A stretch of 64,000 nt of DNA from Selaginella moellendorffii (Eukaryota > Plantae > Lycopodiophyta), in NCBI RefSeq assembly GCF_000143415.4, contig NW_003314277.1, forward strand, positions 1,454,493-1,518,492. The letters run 5' to 3'. A program made the position numbers and the translations under genes. Shown in pieces: positions 12,015 to 24,165 of the stretch (positions are counted from its first letter, which is position 1; the number at the start of each line of letters is the position of its first letter). The notes under the pieces were generated by a model. That model worked only from the letters and a program-made list of their open reading frames with translations, made no database searches and had not been told where the DNA came from.

Positions 12015-13739
12015 TCAAGGAATGAGCTGGAGAAGAAAGAGGCCCGAGTTAAAAACTATGCCAGACGAGCTCGGATCATCTACCATGCCACCAAAGACGA
12101 GGACGGCGTGGCCCGTCCCCAGGCTACAGGCACCGTGGAACGACGTCCGGCTCGGGAATTGGCCACGTACTCGCAGCTTCTTCCAAAACTTCCGCCCGTA
12201 GTTCTTCTCCGAGCAAGTTGGCGACGAGGAGGATGGCGCTGCTGCTGCTACTGCCTCGGGATCCAGCACCCACACATCGCGTTTCTTCGTCCGCCGCGCG
12301 TCCTCGCCGCCGAAGATCAGGATCCTGTTGCCGAAGATGATCGAGGCCGAGTGACCGGCCCGGGGAGACGGCGCCTCGTCGGTTATGGTCCGTGAGAGCT
12401 CCGTCCAAGTTGGACGCTGGTCTTGGAGGTTGAGCAGCCAGACGTCGTTGAGGACCTCGAAGTGAGCGCCCCGGCCGCCAAAGAGGACCATCTGGTTGGT
12501 GGCGATCCTCGTGAGAGTGTGACCCGACCTCGCGCAGGGGGAAGCTTGCGTCGCCACCTCCCGCCAAGAGGGCGGCTCTTGGGATAGATCCAGCACCCAT
12601 GTATCGTGGAGCCTCGCCCCGTCGTTACGGATGCCGCCGAAGACCACCACCTTCTTATCGCCGGCGTAGCAGCATGCGTGAGCTCCCCGGGCCAGCGGCG
12701 AGTGCGAGACGGGGAGGAGGTGCCAGGAGCTAGCGGCGGCGGCGGCGGCGGCGGCGGCGGTGGTGTCATTGATCCATGTGTCGAGGTAGCGGGTGCCGGT
12801 GTCGCTGATGCCGCCGAAGAGGACGAGGAGGCCAACGTCCTCGAGGTAGACGCAGCTGTGCCCGAATCGAGCCGGCGGGTTTTGGATGCGTGGGAGCTGC
12901 CAGTGGATGCCGGTGAGCAGGGTGTTGCTGGGAAGTGGCGCGATCCATGTGTCGCCTAGAGCTCTCCCTGCAAAATGCCAAAAGCAGCTTTCCTGAGGGT
13001 TACAAGCATCGAAGTTCATGCATTGAAACAACGCGAGAGACAAGAAGATCCAAGGAATGACTTAAACCACAGCGAAAGACCGTGAAAGTCTCATGGAAGT
13101 CTCAAAAGCATGAACGTGAGCTCTCAAACCATCAAAGATCATGCATTAAAACAATGCAAACACTTCAAGAGACGAGATCCAAGTCACAGTGAGACAAGAA
13201 GATTCGAGGAACGACTTATCCAGTGGAAGTCTCGGACAAAGACGTTAAAACAAACGAGAAGGACCCTTCGCCAGATGGAAAGAAAGTAGGGAGGGAGGTG
13301 GAAACCATATAGAAGTGTAGTATAGATACATACCTCCTTCGCATCCTCCTCCAAAGACGAAAACTTTGCCACCAGCGTTGATCATGGAGTGGGACGCGCG
13401 GCCAAGCGGTAGCGGGTCCGGCTGCTCCAAGTGATGCCACGCAACAGCGCCGCAAAAGAGCATCTCGGCGTAGAGTTGCTTCCAGCTGCGCTTGCGGAGC
13501 CTGGAATTGGGCCACGCATCCACCACCGCCTCGCCCCACTCGCGGCGGCAGATCCTGGCCCAGAGGCTGTCCGAGCTGACGAGATCGTAGAAGCGATGGC
13601 ATGTCAATCCGAAGGCTACGATCCCAGAGACTGGTAAGAAGTGGAGAACGATGAGGAGTTGGTCTGATCCCAGTACCTTAATCCATTCCTCGCCCTGCTC
13701 CTCCTCAATCTCCATCTCGGTGGCTTCATTGGAGCTCAT
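12015..13739 (-). CDS. F-box/kelch-repeat protein (exons 13739-13334 and 12967-12015)
   Basis: F-box LGSDQLLIVLHFLP...SDSLWARICRREWG, then kelch repeats (PPARFGHS, ARGAHA, ARSGHT, PRAGHS with LFGG/VFGG). Confidence 0.93.
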
Positions 13740-14655
13740 GTATTAGGACGAAGAAGATCTATCTCGCTCCCTTCTCTCACGAAGCAACAACAGTTAGATC
13801 TCGGGAAATATCATTCGAGAATACGAGAGAAGAGAGAATCAGGCGTGCCGGGATGGAGAAGAACGCTAGGATGAGGAAAGAATTGGAGAAGAGAAGCGTA
13901 CAGCGAGATTTCAAACCTCTCTCCAGCTCGACGGAGGCACTGCATTGAATTTCGCCTGGCGCTCCGCGATGCCGCAGCGGGCGCGAGCGCCGCCGCGCTG
14001 GCTCCAAACCCTAGCGACAAGAATCGAAGACTCCAGAGCCTCGCAAAATGGTCTTGATTTTCAAATTTACCCGCCGCTAAAATACTAAACCCGGTTAATA
14101 CTAACGTGGTAAAACTCTTAACCCCGAGATATGGACAGGTAAAAAATCGCTGCTAGACGATTTCACCCCAGCAGGGTAAATATTCACACTGACGGACGTG
14201 ATTATTCGGTCGTTATCGACAAGATCTTTGCCACCTAGCGAGATCCCAATGGCAGTCGCAGCCCGCCAGCCACGTTGGTTACGTCTCCGCGAAGAACACT
14301 CTTGAGACTAAACTGATTAAACTGAAGTTTACAGCGCTCACGGGAAAGGGACGCGCTGGGAACGGGGCAGAGGTACGAAATATACGACGCTTCCGAAAAG
14401 CAAAAACGCTTTGATCGTCGCGTTCCTGAAGAGATCGAGAAGAAAAACGAGCTAAGCAAAGTTTGTTTTAGTGGGAATCTCCGCTTACCCGAGAGAAAAA
14501 AGAGAGATGATCTGTGGATGCTAAAGTTGTCATCGAGGCTCTGTAAGAGCAAAAACTAACTTAAGTTTATCGGCAAAACTTTTCTTACCTGGGAAACGAG
14601 CAAAATTGCCATCAAGCTCGAGAGAGGGAAAAAAAAAAACCATTTCTTACTGGAA

Positions 14656-17300
14656 TCAATCGGCACTGTATCCGGGAGTGGGGCAAAAGCAGCACAGCGA
14701 GCGCCACGAGCGTCTCCTGTGATGCATATAATTCCTCTCGGGAGGGGCCATCTTAACCGGACTGCTGTTCCACTCACTTGACAAACTGTAAAGCACTACT
14801 GTTAGAAAGCTCCACCCTTTAAAAGCAAATGCACGAAAGTTTAGCCATGACTTACACCGGGAAAGCGAACGAGCGCGTACTGTTGGTGCTGCTGTCCGAC
14901 CGCAAAGACAAGCTTCCAGAGTATGGCACTGTCCCCGAGTATGAGGAGGGATACGCAATGGGACCGGATAGTGCGATGAGGCCCGAGTAAGGGACGAGCA
15001 GTGACTCCGGCTTCGGTGGAGAATCTGGAGCTTTTGGAGGCTCGCTTTTCTGAGTGGCTGCTATCTCTGGACCATCTTCCTCTCTTAGCCTTTCCAAGTA
15101 ATCCGCCGAGGAGCGAGAATTCTCCGGTGGTGGAAGCCCGTCATCTTTCGAGGCCTCCGAGTGTAGTGCTTCACTTGCTTGGTGATCCTCGGCCAAGAGC
15201 GAGCTCTCCTTCACATCGGCCTGTTTCTCGAGATCTCCATTTCCATCTACACTAGAGCTGTTTAAATGAACGTCGTCCACCACCTGTTCCCCGTTCCTCG
15301 CATCATCATAGTTCTTATCCACGTCTTGTGAGTTCTTCTCACCGGCGCCTCCCAGCTCATCTCCTTCTATGGCTTTGCTCAAGCTTGCGGCTGCTAAATC
15401 CTCGTCTCCCGAGTTGGATGTTGCTTCCTTGAATTTCTCTAACTGGAACTCGGAGTCCCTTGCCTCTGCCGCCAATTCACCACAGCCTGGTGCTTGGAGT
15501 GTTTTTGCTACGAGAATTCCGCCTTGAAGCTTACCACCATTTTCTTCCAAGTTCGCGGTGTCATCCTTGACTTCTTCCGAAACAGGATTTTCCATCCTTT
15601 TCACAGCAAACAGATCATCCTGAACATGTGCTCCGCCTGACTCATTTCTCCAAGAATCGATCGTAACGGGTTGAACCGAAACAGACACGTACTTGTCTTC
15701 GACACTGGGTACTATCACCACTTTAACTTCCTCCATAAGCTCTTCCTCATGCTCGCTGGTGTCGTTGGATGCTTGCTGTTCAGGAGCATTTCTGCGACTG
15801 GCTTCTGTACCGTCTAAATCATGGCCCTCCTTCTCAGAATAAGTCCACATTTCCGGCGCATAGAAACTCAAGTCCTTCTCGTTCTCGGAGCCGGAGCTTT
15901 TGCTTGATAGAACGACCGAGGAGTATATTGGCAGCTTGTCGAGATATTCCTCACCTCCATCCTGGATCTGGATCTCGGGCTTGAAGGCAGGGAAATCGTG
16001 AGCAGGAGCCGAACCTGCCTCCTCCATGCCTGATACAAAACAAAATCAGACAAAGAAGAAACAGAAAGTTGGTGCACACCTGTTTTCCCAGTGCCTGTAC
16101 AACCTTCGGAGTTGTCTTCGGGCACAACCCTTGCCTCGTTTCTACCAGACTCTGAAGCTAAATCATCTGCACTCGATGAACCGGAACTATGCGACTCGGA
16201 CACGGCAACCAGTAAGCTCATTTGGCTTGACGTCGAGAAGCTGTCATCGTCGGAATCGGAGGTGTAGAGCTCACTTCCACCACAACTCATACTACGCCTG
16301 CTGCTATGTCCCCTTGAAGAAACTCCCGACTTCTCCCGAAAGTCCCCGTCCGCAGCAACAAGCTTCGGTGCTTCATCGCTCGCTGCTTGAGCAATTCGAG
16401 GGGCTGGAGGAACAAGTACCCGCATCCTGTTGTTCTCTGCCTCGCCGGCACTAGATTTCTCCACTGTAGATGCGCTCTGCTTTACTGAATTTCGCCTGTC
16501 ATACTGTTCACGCCCGTTGACAACGTCATTGTCGTCTCTCGGCGACGTTGATACAGGTAAAGGCTCGTCCATGCAGCGATCTAACTTATCCGGCCCATCA
16601 CGTTGACAACGAGAGGGTGCCGGAAAGGTGAGACTCCTACTTCCTGTCCAAAGAAGCTGATTCTGACGCTGAGTATGTCTGGGCCTGCTTGAAAGCGGAC
16701 TCCCTAACTCCCATCCGTATTCTAATCCATCTGTTAAACTGTCACCCAAGCCTAGCTGCCTCGTAAGATATGATATCTGGTTGAATAGCTCGAGCACTAT
16801 ATCAGACACTGCCTCGACTCCATACTTTTCAATGGCATCGCCCAATCTTCCAACGAACGGAGCATCTGGAAAACACCAGGGATAAAGCTTTCAGTGACAC
16901 CAAAAAGGCCACCCAAAAGAAAAAAGCTTGAATGCTTAAAGAACCTTGAGAAGACAAGACCGAAATGGTCTCCAATACGAGCTGTGGATTCTCTTTCAGC
17001 CACGATAGCGAGGGTTGCTTGAGAAAGTACTGCAAAACAAGCAATTGGAGTATGCTTCTTGACAGACATAGAATATAAGAAGTTTGTACCTGAGCTTCCC
17101 TGTTGGAGCTATCATAGATCATCTCAACAAGAGCTCGTACTTCGGCATTCTGGAGCAAATCGCCAAATACCTCGTCCTGGGACAAAATGAAAAGGAGAAA
17201 CTTGTCTAGAACAATGCATTGATGGCAAAAGCACAAATCACACCTTCCGCCGGCGAAATTCTTCCCGGAGCCGCTCCACATCCTCCGGCGCATCTGCGCG
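14656..17300 (-). CDS. Large acidic disordered protein with C-terminal BASL-family motif; 5' end uncertain (possibly to ~17681)
   Basis: Exons join in phase (…KT|GMEEAG…; SQ|DAPFVG…). The C-terminus reads SGPIAY…YSGSLSLRSDSSTNSTRSFAFPV|LSSEWNSSPVKM. Confidence 0.8.
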
Positions 17301-17811
17301 CCTTCCAGAAAATACTCTAAGCAAAAAAGCCATCGCGGAGATCAAAGATCAGCAAAGGATTTCCTCTCAATTCATCCCTACACCCCTCTCCCAGGCTTCC
17401 CGGCACCGAATTTCAGCAAGAAAGAGTCAAGAGAGAAGAGAGACGATTTCTTACTTCCAGGCGACGATGACGATCACCGCATCGCCGTGGCGCTGTGAGG
17501 CCCCATCCACATTGAATGCGCGCAGCGCAAGATCACAGAAAAGCAGAGGGAGAGAAACTTCGCGAACCGCGATAGCGCGGCTGAGCTAAGCGATCCACGG
17601 AAAAACCTAATGACAGGGAAATGCGCTGCCCACACGAAATTAAAAGAAAAACGGACCTCGAGCGAGCGAGCGAGTGGCCATTGCCGTTCGGGAATTTAAA
17701 TGCCGTCTACACGACGTGCCATGATATATTCCGGCGCGGAATGTCCAACCGCCACGTGGATTAGGGCTTTTGGGCAAGAAGCCCTAATTTGAAAGATTCC
17801 TAGGGCGCGCG

Positions 17812-18363
17812 ATGTCAGCAGTGGGCGGAGCGGCGGCAGCGCCTCAATCTCCCTCCCCTGCGCCTTCCAAAGGTGATCCTCAGCTCGATTCGCTTCTTTT
17901 CTTTGTTCTTGATCGAGCGCTCGCAGTGAAGGTCCAATTCGTTTCCACGGGAGGTGCGCCAGTGCTGATCCAGTCGGAATTCAAGGTAAGGTTTGGGCAT
18001 TTTCCGGCGGAAGCGACGCAATCGGCTTTGATCCTCGCGCAGATTGACGCGACGGAGAAATTCGCGAAAGTTCTCAAGTTTCTGCGGAGGCAAGTTCAAC
18101 AGGACAATGTGGTGAGCGATTTTTTCTTTTTTTCTCACTGCTCTTTGTGGATTGAATTGAGAGTGTCCTTTGCTACTTCTTTCCAGTTTCCATTCATCAA
18201 TCAAGCATTTATTCCCAGCCAAGACGAGCCCGTGGGAGATCTCTATAAGGTAAAAGCCATCTCTTGGATTTCTTCCTGGACTTTAAGCTTGATCTTCTCA
18301 CAGAACTTTGGCGTGCACGGGAAGCTCATCGTAAACTACGCTCCCACTCTGGCGTGGGGCTAA
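17812..18363 (+). CDS. ATG12: Ubiquitin-like autophagy protein ATG12 (5 exons, ~103 aa spliced)
   Basis: KVKVQFVSTGGAPVL, FAKVLKFLRRQ, FINQAFIPSQDEPVGDLYKNFG and LIVNYAPTLAWG with terminal Gly. Confidence 0.93.
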   Translation: MSAVGGAAAAPQSPSPAPSKGDPQLDSLLFFVLDRALAVKVQFVSTGGAPVLIQSEFKVRFGHFPAEATQSALILAQIDATEKFAKVLKFLRRQVQQDNVVSDFFFFSHCSLWIELRVSFATSFQFPFINQAFIPSQDEPVGDLYKVKAISWISSWTLSLIFSQNFGVHGKLIVNYAPTLAWG

Positions 18364-19369
18364 TCGAGCTCGCTACCAGCTAGCGATAAAGCTCCCTTTT
18401 TTTTACTCTTATCTCTCCCTGTCCATCGGGCGAAATTTCTAATGGTGGGCCAGATAAATTATTTGACTCCAAGGTCAATTCCACAGAATCTACTACAGTG
18501 TTCCCTTATCCAGGAAGCGTATCTACTGTAGTAGGAAGTTTATCTTTAATCACCAGATAATCACTCCATGGTAAGTTAATCACTGTGCGGCCTATGATGC
18601 AAGGATGACATGGGCATGAGGTAAGAGCGCCAATGAGTAACGCACAAGAGAAGAGATTCGAACCTGAAACTGGGGCGGTGGAGATTCCAAATGCCCCACA
18701 CTAGAACACTGGCGTGGGATGGGACAATCCACAATAACACTCGACACCGATTCTTCATGGTCGCCATTTGCTGCCGACAGGATCGAAAACTATGCGTTTC
18801 CGTACAAACGTGTATTTTCTATTGGCTATACGGTATCCCTCGTGGGACAAGGTGTTTGACATTCCAGCGTTTAACAAGGAGCTCGCGACTTGTCAAAGAA
18901 AAAGTTCAAAGAGAAAGGTGGCGAGGCGCTGTAGGGAGGTCGTCTTAGGTCAGACAAGAGGGTAAAGTCGAGCGAAGGCCGGGCGAAATACGACGCGCTG
19001 CGACCATTGGTAGGAATATGCTTATTTTATTCACGGGTATAATGTGCCAGGTTTGATTATTCAATTCAACGAGTGGGAGGAAAGCGACGCGAAGCGATGA
19101 AAAGAAAGTTTCGCTAAGATGATGAGAAACAAAGCGTGGAAGGACCTCTTATCAGCCCTTCCTATAAACGCGCAAGCCACACAGTTGCCCTCTTTGATTT
19201 CTCGTGTGTATCCATCACATTGTCCTCCAGAGACTCCGGGGAAAGGACTGAAAAAAGAGAGAGAGAGAGGAAGATTTGAGCTCCTGGGCGATGCCACTCA
19301 CGTGATTCCTTCAAGATTCTCGAGGAATTCCCCTAGATTTTCGAGCGCGCGCGAGAGCAAGAGAGAGCA

Positions 19370-21004
19370 ATGAGTATGCAATACTCGCGGAACGAGGCCG
19401 GTGGCGTGGGCGTGATTCCTCCGCGGCACCACCACGCGCAGCGATCGATTGGCGGTGGCGGTGGCGATGGGGGGAGTGGCGCCGCCGACCGGGTTTGTTC
19501 TCCAGTCTCTCCCCTAGATCAATCCATGGGCGGCGGCGGCCGCGGCGGGGGATCGTGGTCGAGCCAGAGCTCCGGCTCCTCCTCCTCCCCGCCCACCGCG
19601 GTGAGCTCCGCCGCCTCCAAGCCCTTGAAGCAGGAGGAGCTCGATTTCTACGCGAATCCCTCGCAGCGCCAGCAGGATTATAACAGTAGCTCGAGCAGCA
19701 TCCAGCACGCGCTGCGCGAGATCGAGAGCCGGCTCCTGCTGGACGACGACGACGAGCTCGACTACAAATCCTCGCCGGATTCCTCCACCACCTCCACATT
19801 CATGCTCGATCTCCTGGGCGGAGGCGGAGGGGGAGCCGTGCTTGCGCCCAGCATCTCGCGGGATCTGGTGGAGCGGATGGGCGACCCGCGGCAGCTCCTC
19901 CTCCTGTGCGCGGAATCCATCGCCAACGGCGACTTCGCGCTGGCGGAGGTGGTGATCTCGCGCCTCAACCAGGTGGTGTGCATCTACGGCCAGCCCATGG
20001 AGCGGCTGGCGGCGTACATGGTGGAGGGGCTGGTGGCGCGAATCCAATCGTCGGGCACGGGGCTGTGCCGCGCGCTGCGGTGCAAGGAGCCGGTGGGCAA
20101 CGAGATCCTCTCGGCAATGCAGGTGATGTACGAGGTGTGCCCGTACATCAAGTTCGGCTACATGGCGGCCAACGGCGCCATAGCCGAGGCGCTCAAGGAC
20201 GAGCCACGCGTCCACATTATCGACTTTGAGATCGCGCAGGGGACGCAGTACATCGCGCTCATCCAGGCGCTGGCGCGGCGGCCGGGCGGGCCGCCGACCG
20301 TACGGATCACCGGGGTGGGAGACCCGGCGGCGGGCGTGGCGGCGCCGGGCGGGGTGGCGGCGGTGGGGCGGAGGCTGGCGGCGCTGGCCGCCGACCACGG
20401 CGTGCCCTTCGAGTTCCACGCCGTGCCCGTCAGCGGCGCCGGGGTGACGGACGCGGCGGCGCTGCAGCGGCGGCCCGGCGAGGCGCTGGCCGTCAACTTT
20501 GCCATGCAGCTGCACCACATGCCCGACGAGAGCGTCAGCGTTTCGAACCCCCGGGACCGGCTGCTGCGCATGGCCAAGTCGCTGGGCCCCAAGATCGTGA
20601 CGCTTGTGGAGCAGGAGGCCAACACCAACACCGCGCCGTTCCTGGCGCGGTTCAAGGAGTCGCTCAGCTACTACGGCGCCGTGTTTGAGTCGCTGGACGT
20701 GACGCTGCCGCGGCAGAGCAAGGAGCGGATCAGCGTGGAGCAGCACTGCCTGGCGCGGGATCTGGTGAACCTCATCGCCTGCGAGGGGGCCGAGAGGATC
20801 GAGCGGCACGAGGTGATGGGGAAGTGGAGGGCCAGGATGAGCATGGCCGGGTTCAAGCAGTACCCGCTCAGCCGCTATGTCAACCAGACCATCAGCTGCT
20901 TGCTCAAGACGTATTGCGACAAGTATAAGCTGAGCGAGGAGGATGGTGTCATCTATTTGGGCTGGCTGGATCGATCGCTCGTGTCGGCATCGGCGTGGAA
21001 TTGA
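19370..21004 (+). CDS. GRAS transcription factor, PAT1/SCL1/5/13/21-type, intronless
   Basis: PMERLAAYMVEGL, YEVCPY.KFGYMAANGAI, VHIIDF, LAVNF, VTLVEQEANTNT, ERHE...KWRARM and SAW terminus. Confidence 0.96.
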   Translation: MSMQYSRNEAGGVGVIPPRHHHAQRSIGGGGGDGGSGAADRVCSPVSPLDQSMGGGGRGGGSWSSQSSGSSSSPPTAVSSAASKPLKQEELDFYANPSQRQQDYNSSSSSIQHALREIESRLLLDDDDELDYKSSPDSSTTSTFMLDLLGGGGGGAVLAPSISRDLVERMGDPRQLLLLCAESIANGDFALAEVVISRLNQVVCIYGQPMERLAAYMVEGLVARIQSSGTGLCRALRCKEPVGNEILSAMQVMYEVCPYIKFGYMAANGAIAEALKDEPRVHIIDFEIAQGTQYIALIQALARRPGGPPTVRITGVGDPAAGVAAPGGVAAVGRRLAALAADHGVPFEFHAVPVSGAGVTDAAALQRRPGEALAVNFAMQLHHMPDESVSVSNPRDRLLRMAKSLGPKIVTLVEQEANTNTAPFLARFKESLSYYGAVFESLDVTLPRQSKERISVEQHCLARDLVNLIACEGAERIERHEVMGKWRARMSMAGFKQYPLSRYVNQTISCLLKTYCDKYKLSEEDGVIYLGWLDRSLVSASAWN

Positions 21005-21999
21005 GGGGAGAGGCTCCAAGAGGAGAGATGAGTCTCTGGGACTTTGGTGGTCAAGGGAGAAATGTGAGAGCGTGACTGGCGCGGCACCAACCCAGCACGA
21101 CCGCGCAAGCTACTGGAGGATCGAGGAAAGGGACTGGGGAGGCTATGAAGCTCTTGCTTGACCGCTTGACTGGACTGGATCAGTTGACACATTTTTGCAT
21201 TTATTTTCTAAACGTCAGCATGACACCAGGCTGATGAAAGCCTTTTATTACAACTCTTTAGTAAGCATATTTAAATAATCTATGAAACATGAGAGATGAT
21301 CCCTTGGGTTAACGGTATTGTGTCCTAAATGGAAGGTGTTACTATTTACATCTTCATTGCAAACCATCTTCCAAAATAGGTTTTGGGTTTCCAGCCACCA
21401 TCTCTTTCGAGCATATGTAACTATCAACAAGTTTCAAGACACGCAACGTCTTTTGTTGGAAGTCCTGCCATCCTTATCTGCATCTTAGTCATTGTTACCA
21501 CGTATTGTTGTATCTCTGCATCCTTACACCATGACGTCTTATATATATATATATGAATTTCAATGTCCTTATTTCTGTTGCTCCACATTATTGCTATGCC
21601 TTCCCCTTGTGGCAATAGAAACAAACGTAACAATCGAAACTAATTCATGCAAATCACACGTGTTTTAAGATGGTCATATTTAAAACGCAGAAAAATTTAA
21701 TATTCAGTATCTTTATATTCACAGGTTTGGATCATTTATATATTGATTCTACTAAACCTTTACTATTTTCAAAACATCATAAATTATCTTATAACAAAAA
21801 TCTTTCTCTTCAATTATCTCTTATTCTAATTGTGTAGTGTAATTACATTGAGGAAAAGGTACTGGGGGGATCGTTGTACACTTGGAAAGAAACGCCAGCA
21901 TGACACCAGGAACCTTTTTTCTATTAATGAGAAATTTTCCCTTTAACTGCTCAGCCTCAGTCGCATGATTAAGATAAAAGACCTTTTTTCGACCAAACA

Positions 22000-22510
22000 T
22001 GCATATTGATAGAATATATACATACTTTTGGCAGCCATGAAGTCGAGAAGCTAGCGCATGTGGCTCTGGGAGGGATCTCCAAAGGCTGCCAACTATGGTC
22101 TATGGCCCCATTGCAAGATGATCTTGCTCTACAGCTGATGCAATGGTTCTGGCTGCTTCTTGACGAGATGCCAGCCAAAGATGGACCTTTGGGAGCTCCA
22201 ACCCCAATGCGTCGATGGGAGTAAGGAAGTGGAAACCGCATCGCTACGTCGCCTTCTTATGAGAATAGCCGAGCAAATTGTTAAGAGTCGATGAACCACA
22301 CTATGACCACTTTAGCTTTAAACTAATGTCACGTAGCTGATCCAACACTTTACAAACATAGGATGTTTGCGCTGAAGGTAGCATTCCAGGACTGAGCAAT
22401 GAGCTGGTCGGGAATAGTGACAAGAACCTGAACTTTTGAGCTGGGCAAAGCCCTGCAGCAGCTGCAGCCCTATATGCTCAAACTTGGGGCACCTTATGTT
22501 GACTCATAGT
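22000..22510 (+). pseudogene. Degenerate PLS-PPR/E-domain relic
   Basis: Fragments in shifting frames: LLDEMPAKD, MDLWELQP, EPHYDHFS, VAFQD*AMSWS, ELGKALQQL…APYV. These mimic the L2/S2/E1 motifs of the intact PPRs at 55-59 kb. Confidence 0.45.
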
Positions 22511-22989
22511 GCAAGCAAGCAAGGCACCCATAGTCGGCAACAACCATGCCAATTTGAGCCTCCATGTTGCCTTCGTCACCTCCCCTCCCTTCTCCATGAA
22601 CAAGACCTTGGTTCCAACTGAAAGCCAAAACTGGTAACACCTTCCAGCTGGAGCTTGGAGGGCATGATGTGTTAGAATGAACTAGAGCCACCTAATGTGA
22701 TAAATAACCATCACTTGAAGAAAAAGGATTCCTAAACCATTAAAGAGTTAAGACAAATACATTTAGCATATCCCACTAGTTTCAAGGTTTAGAACAATTG
22801 AAATACCTCACCACCACCACTAACTGTTGGGATGACATTGTTGAGCTTGCATATCCCCACCTCCACACTAGCAGTAGATAGGATGGTCTGATGCTTTTTG
22901 TGAGTCCTCATGACTTCAAAAAGCTGTTGTTATTATTATTATTATTATTACTTATTACTTATTACTTATGCTGTACAACACACTCACAT

Positions 22990-23400
22990 AAAATTGGTGG
23001 AACATTTCCAAAACAGTCTTCCCATCAATCTCTACAACTTGAGCTCCCTGTCAACTAGCTTACACTCGCAACTCACGAGCCCTTAGATGATTAGAGGAAA
23101 GTCTATAGATAAGATTTAATCTAGGGAATCACATACTAATCATGTGCTTGGGAACACCATTAGTCTAGTCTGTACTGGTTGGCAATGCAAGTTGACATTC
23201 TTCCAACAAGAAGGTGGTGAGCTCTTTATTGCACTAAGAATCTTTTCTGGCCATTTTAACTTTTCCCAATGCTCTACTATACTTAGGATCACTATTTTTT
23301 CACAGTTGGTCGCGAGCAACTCAAAGGTTCCCTCCTTAGAATACTATAAAGTTAGCCTGAGCTATAATCATCTCCAGATACCCTAGATTCTAAAAACCCA
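22990..23400 (+). pseudogene. Degenerate extracellular LRR (RLK/RLP-like) fragment
   Basis: LPINLYNLSSLS, LGNTISLV, FSGHFNFSQCS, QLKGS and SLSYNHL fragments, with stops and frameshifts. Confidence 0.5.
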
Positions 23401-23479
23401 CTTGGAGTACTACTATAAAACTTTGGAACACTGTGTTTGAAAGCTAAAAGAAATTCTGGAGTGGGATCCTTAGAACAAT

Positions 23480-24040
23480 CTAGTTTGGCTGGAAGTTGAT
23501 CTGAGGGAAGATGTCAATGAGTTGAACTGCTTCTCCTTTGTTCTTCTTGCAAACAAGGATTTGGACTGGGACATTGTTCTGCAGGACAATCTTCACTCCA
23601 AGGCACACATTAGCTCCCGAATGACCAGATGTCCACTTGTATGTTTCTTGCAAAAGCTCCTCCAATGTTTCATGCCATACCGCTACTGCCCAGACAAAAG
23701 TTGGCTTCCATTCGTGATTACCAAGTCTGGATGCCACCTGGCCGTCGCTTTGCTTTATTCTCCCATTGCATAGCACTGCACTTGTGGACCCTGCACAAGA
23801 AAATAAGAAGCGATATTGAAATCTTACAAAAGTCGTCATGGCTAGCTACCTCCAAGGGAGACAGGTCGTTGACCACTCTCACAGTCGACACCAAACCCGT
23901 CTAGAGCCCTCAGAATGTTGTTATTGAACCAGCATGCACCCTGCTCGTGATGGCCACACGGGTCTCTCAGGCTCGGAGCTGGGGCAAGGGGGGAAGCGAC
24001 CTCACAAACTTCTCTTGCTGTTCAATGCCTTGCACACAAG
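23480..24040 (-). pseudogene. Decayed Uma2/Crinkler-type PD-(D/E)xK nuclease-fold gene with one intron (23849-23791), paralog of 24166-24894
   Basis: Spliced DPCGHHEQGACWFNNNILRALDGFGVDCESGQRPVSLG|GSTSAVLCNGRIKQSDGQ…WKPTFVWAVAVWHETLEELLQETYKW…VCLGVKI. The upstream VQGIEQQEKFVR segment is in another frame and no start codon is present. Confidence 0.65.
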
Positions 24041-24165
24041 AATGTCAGTGGATGTGCAACAACAATAAAAAAATGGTGTCAACTGATAGCCTAGGCTAAA
24101 TCTTCCTCTGGCCAAAGGCTGTATTGAAATGGCTATGACCTAAAAAAAGTGCAGCGTTTTCGGCT

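Noticed and set aside
18490-18534. 10-bp inverted repeat CTACTACAGT…ACTGTAGTAG
   Set aside because: Short stem with no TSD or other MITE/miRNA support.
19514-21019. 501-aa antisense ORF over the GRAS gene
   Set aside because: Shadow of high-GC3 codon usage, with no domain motifs.
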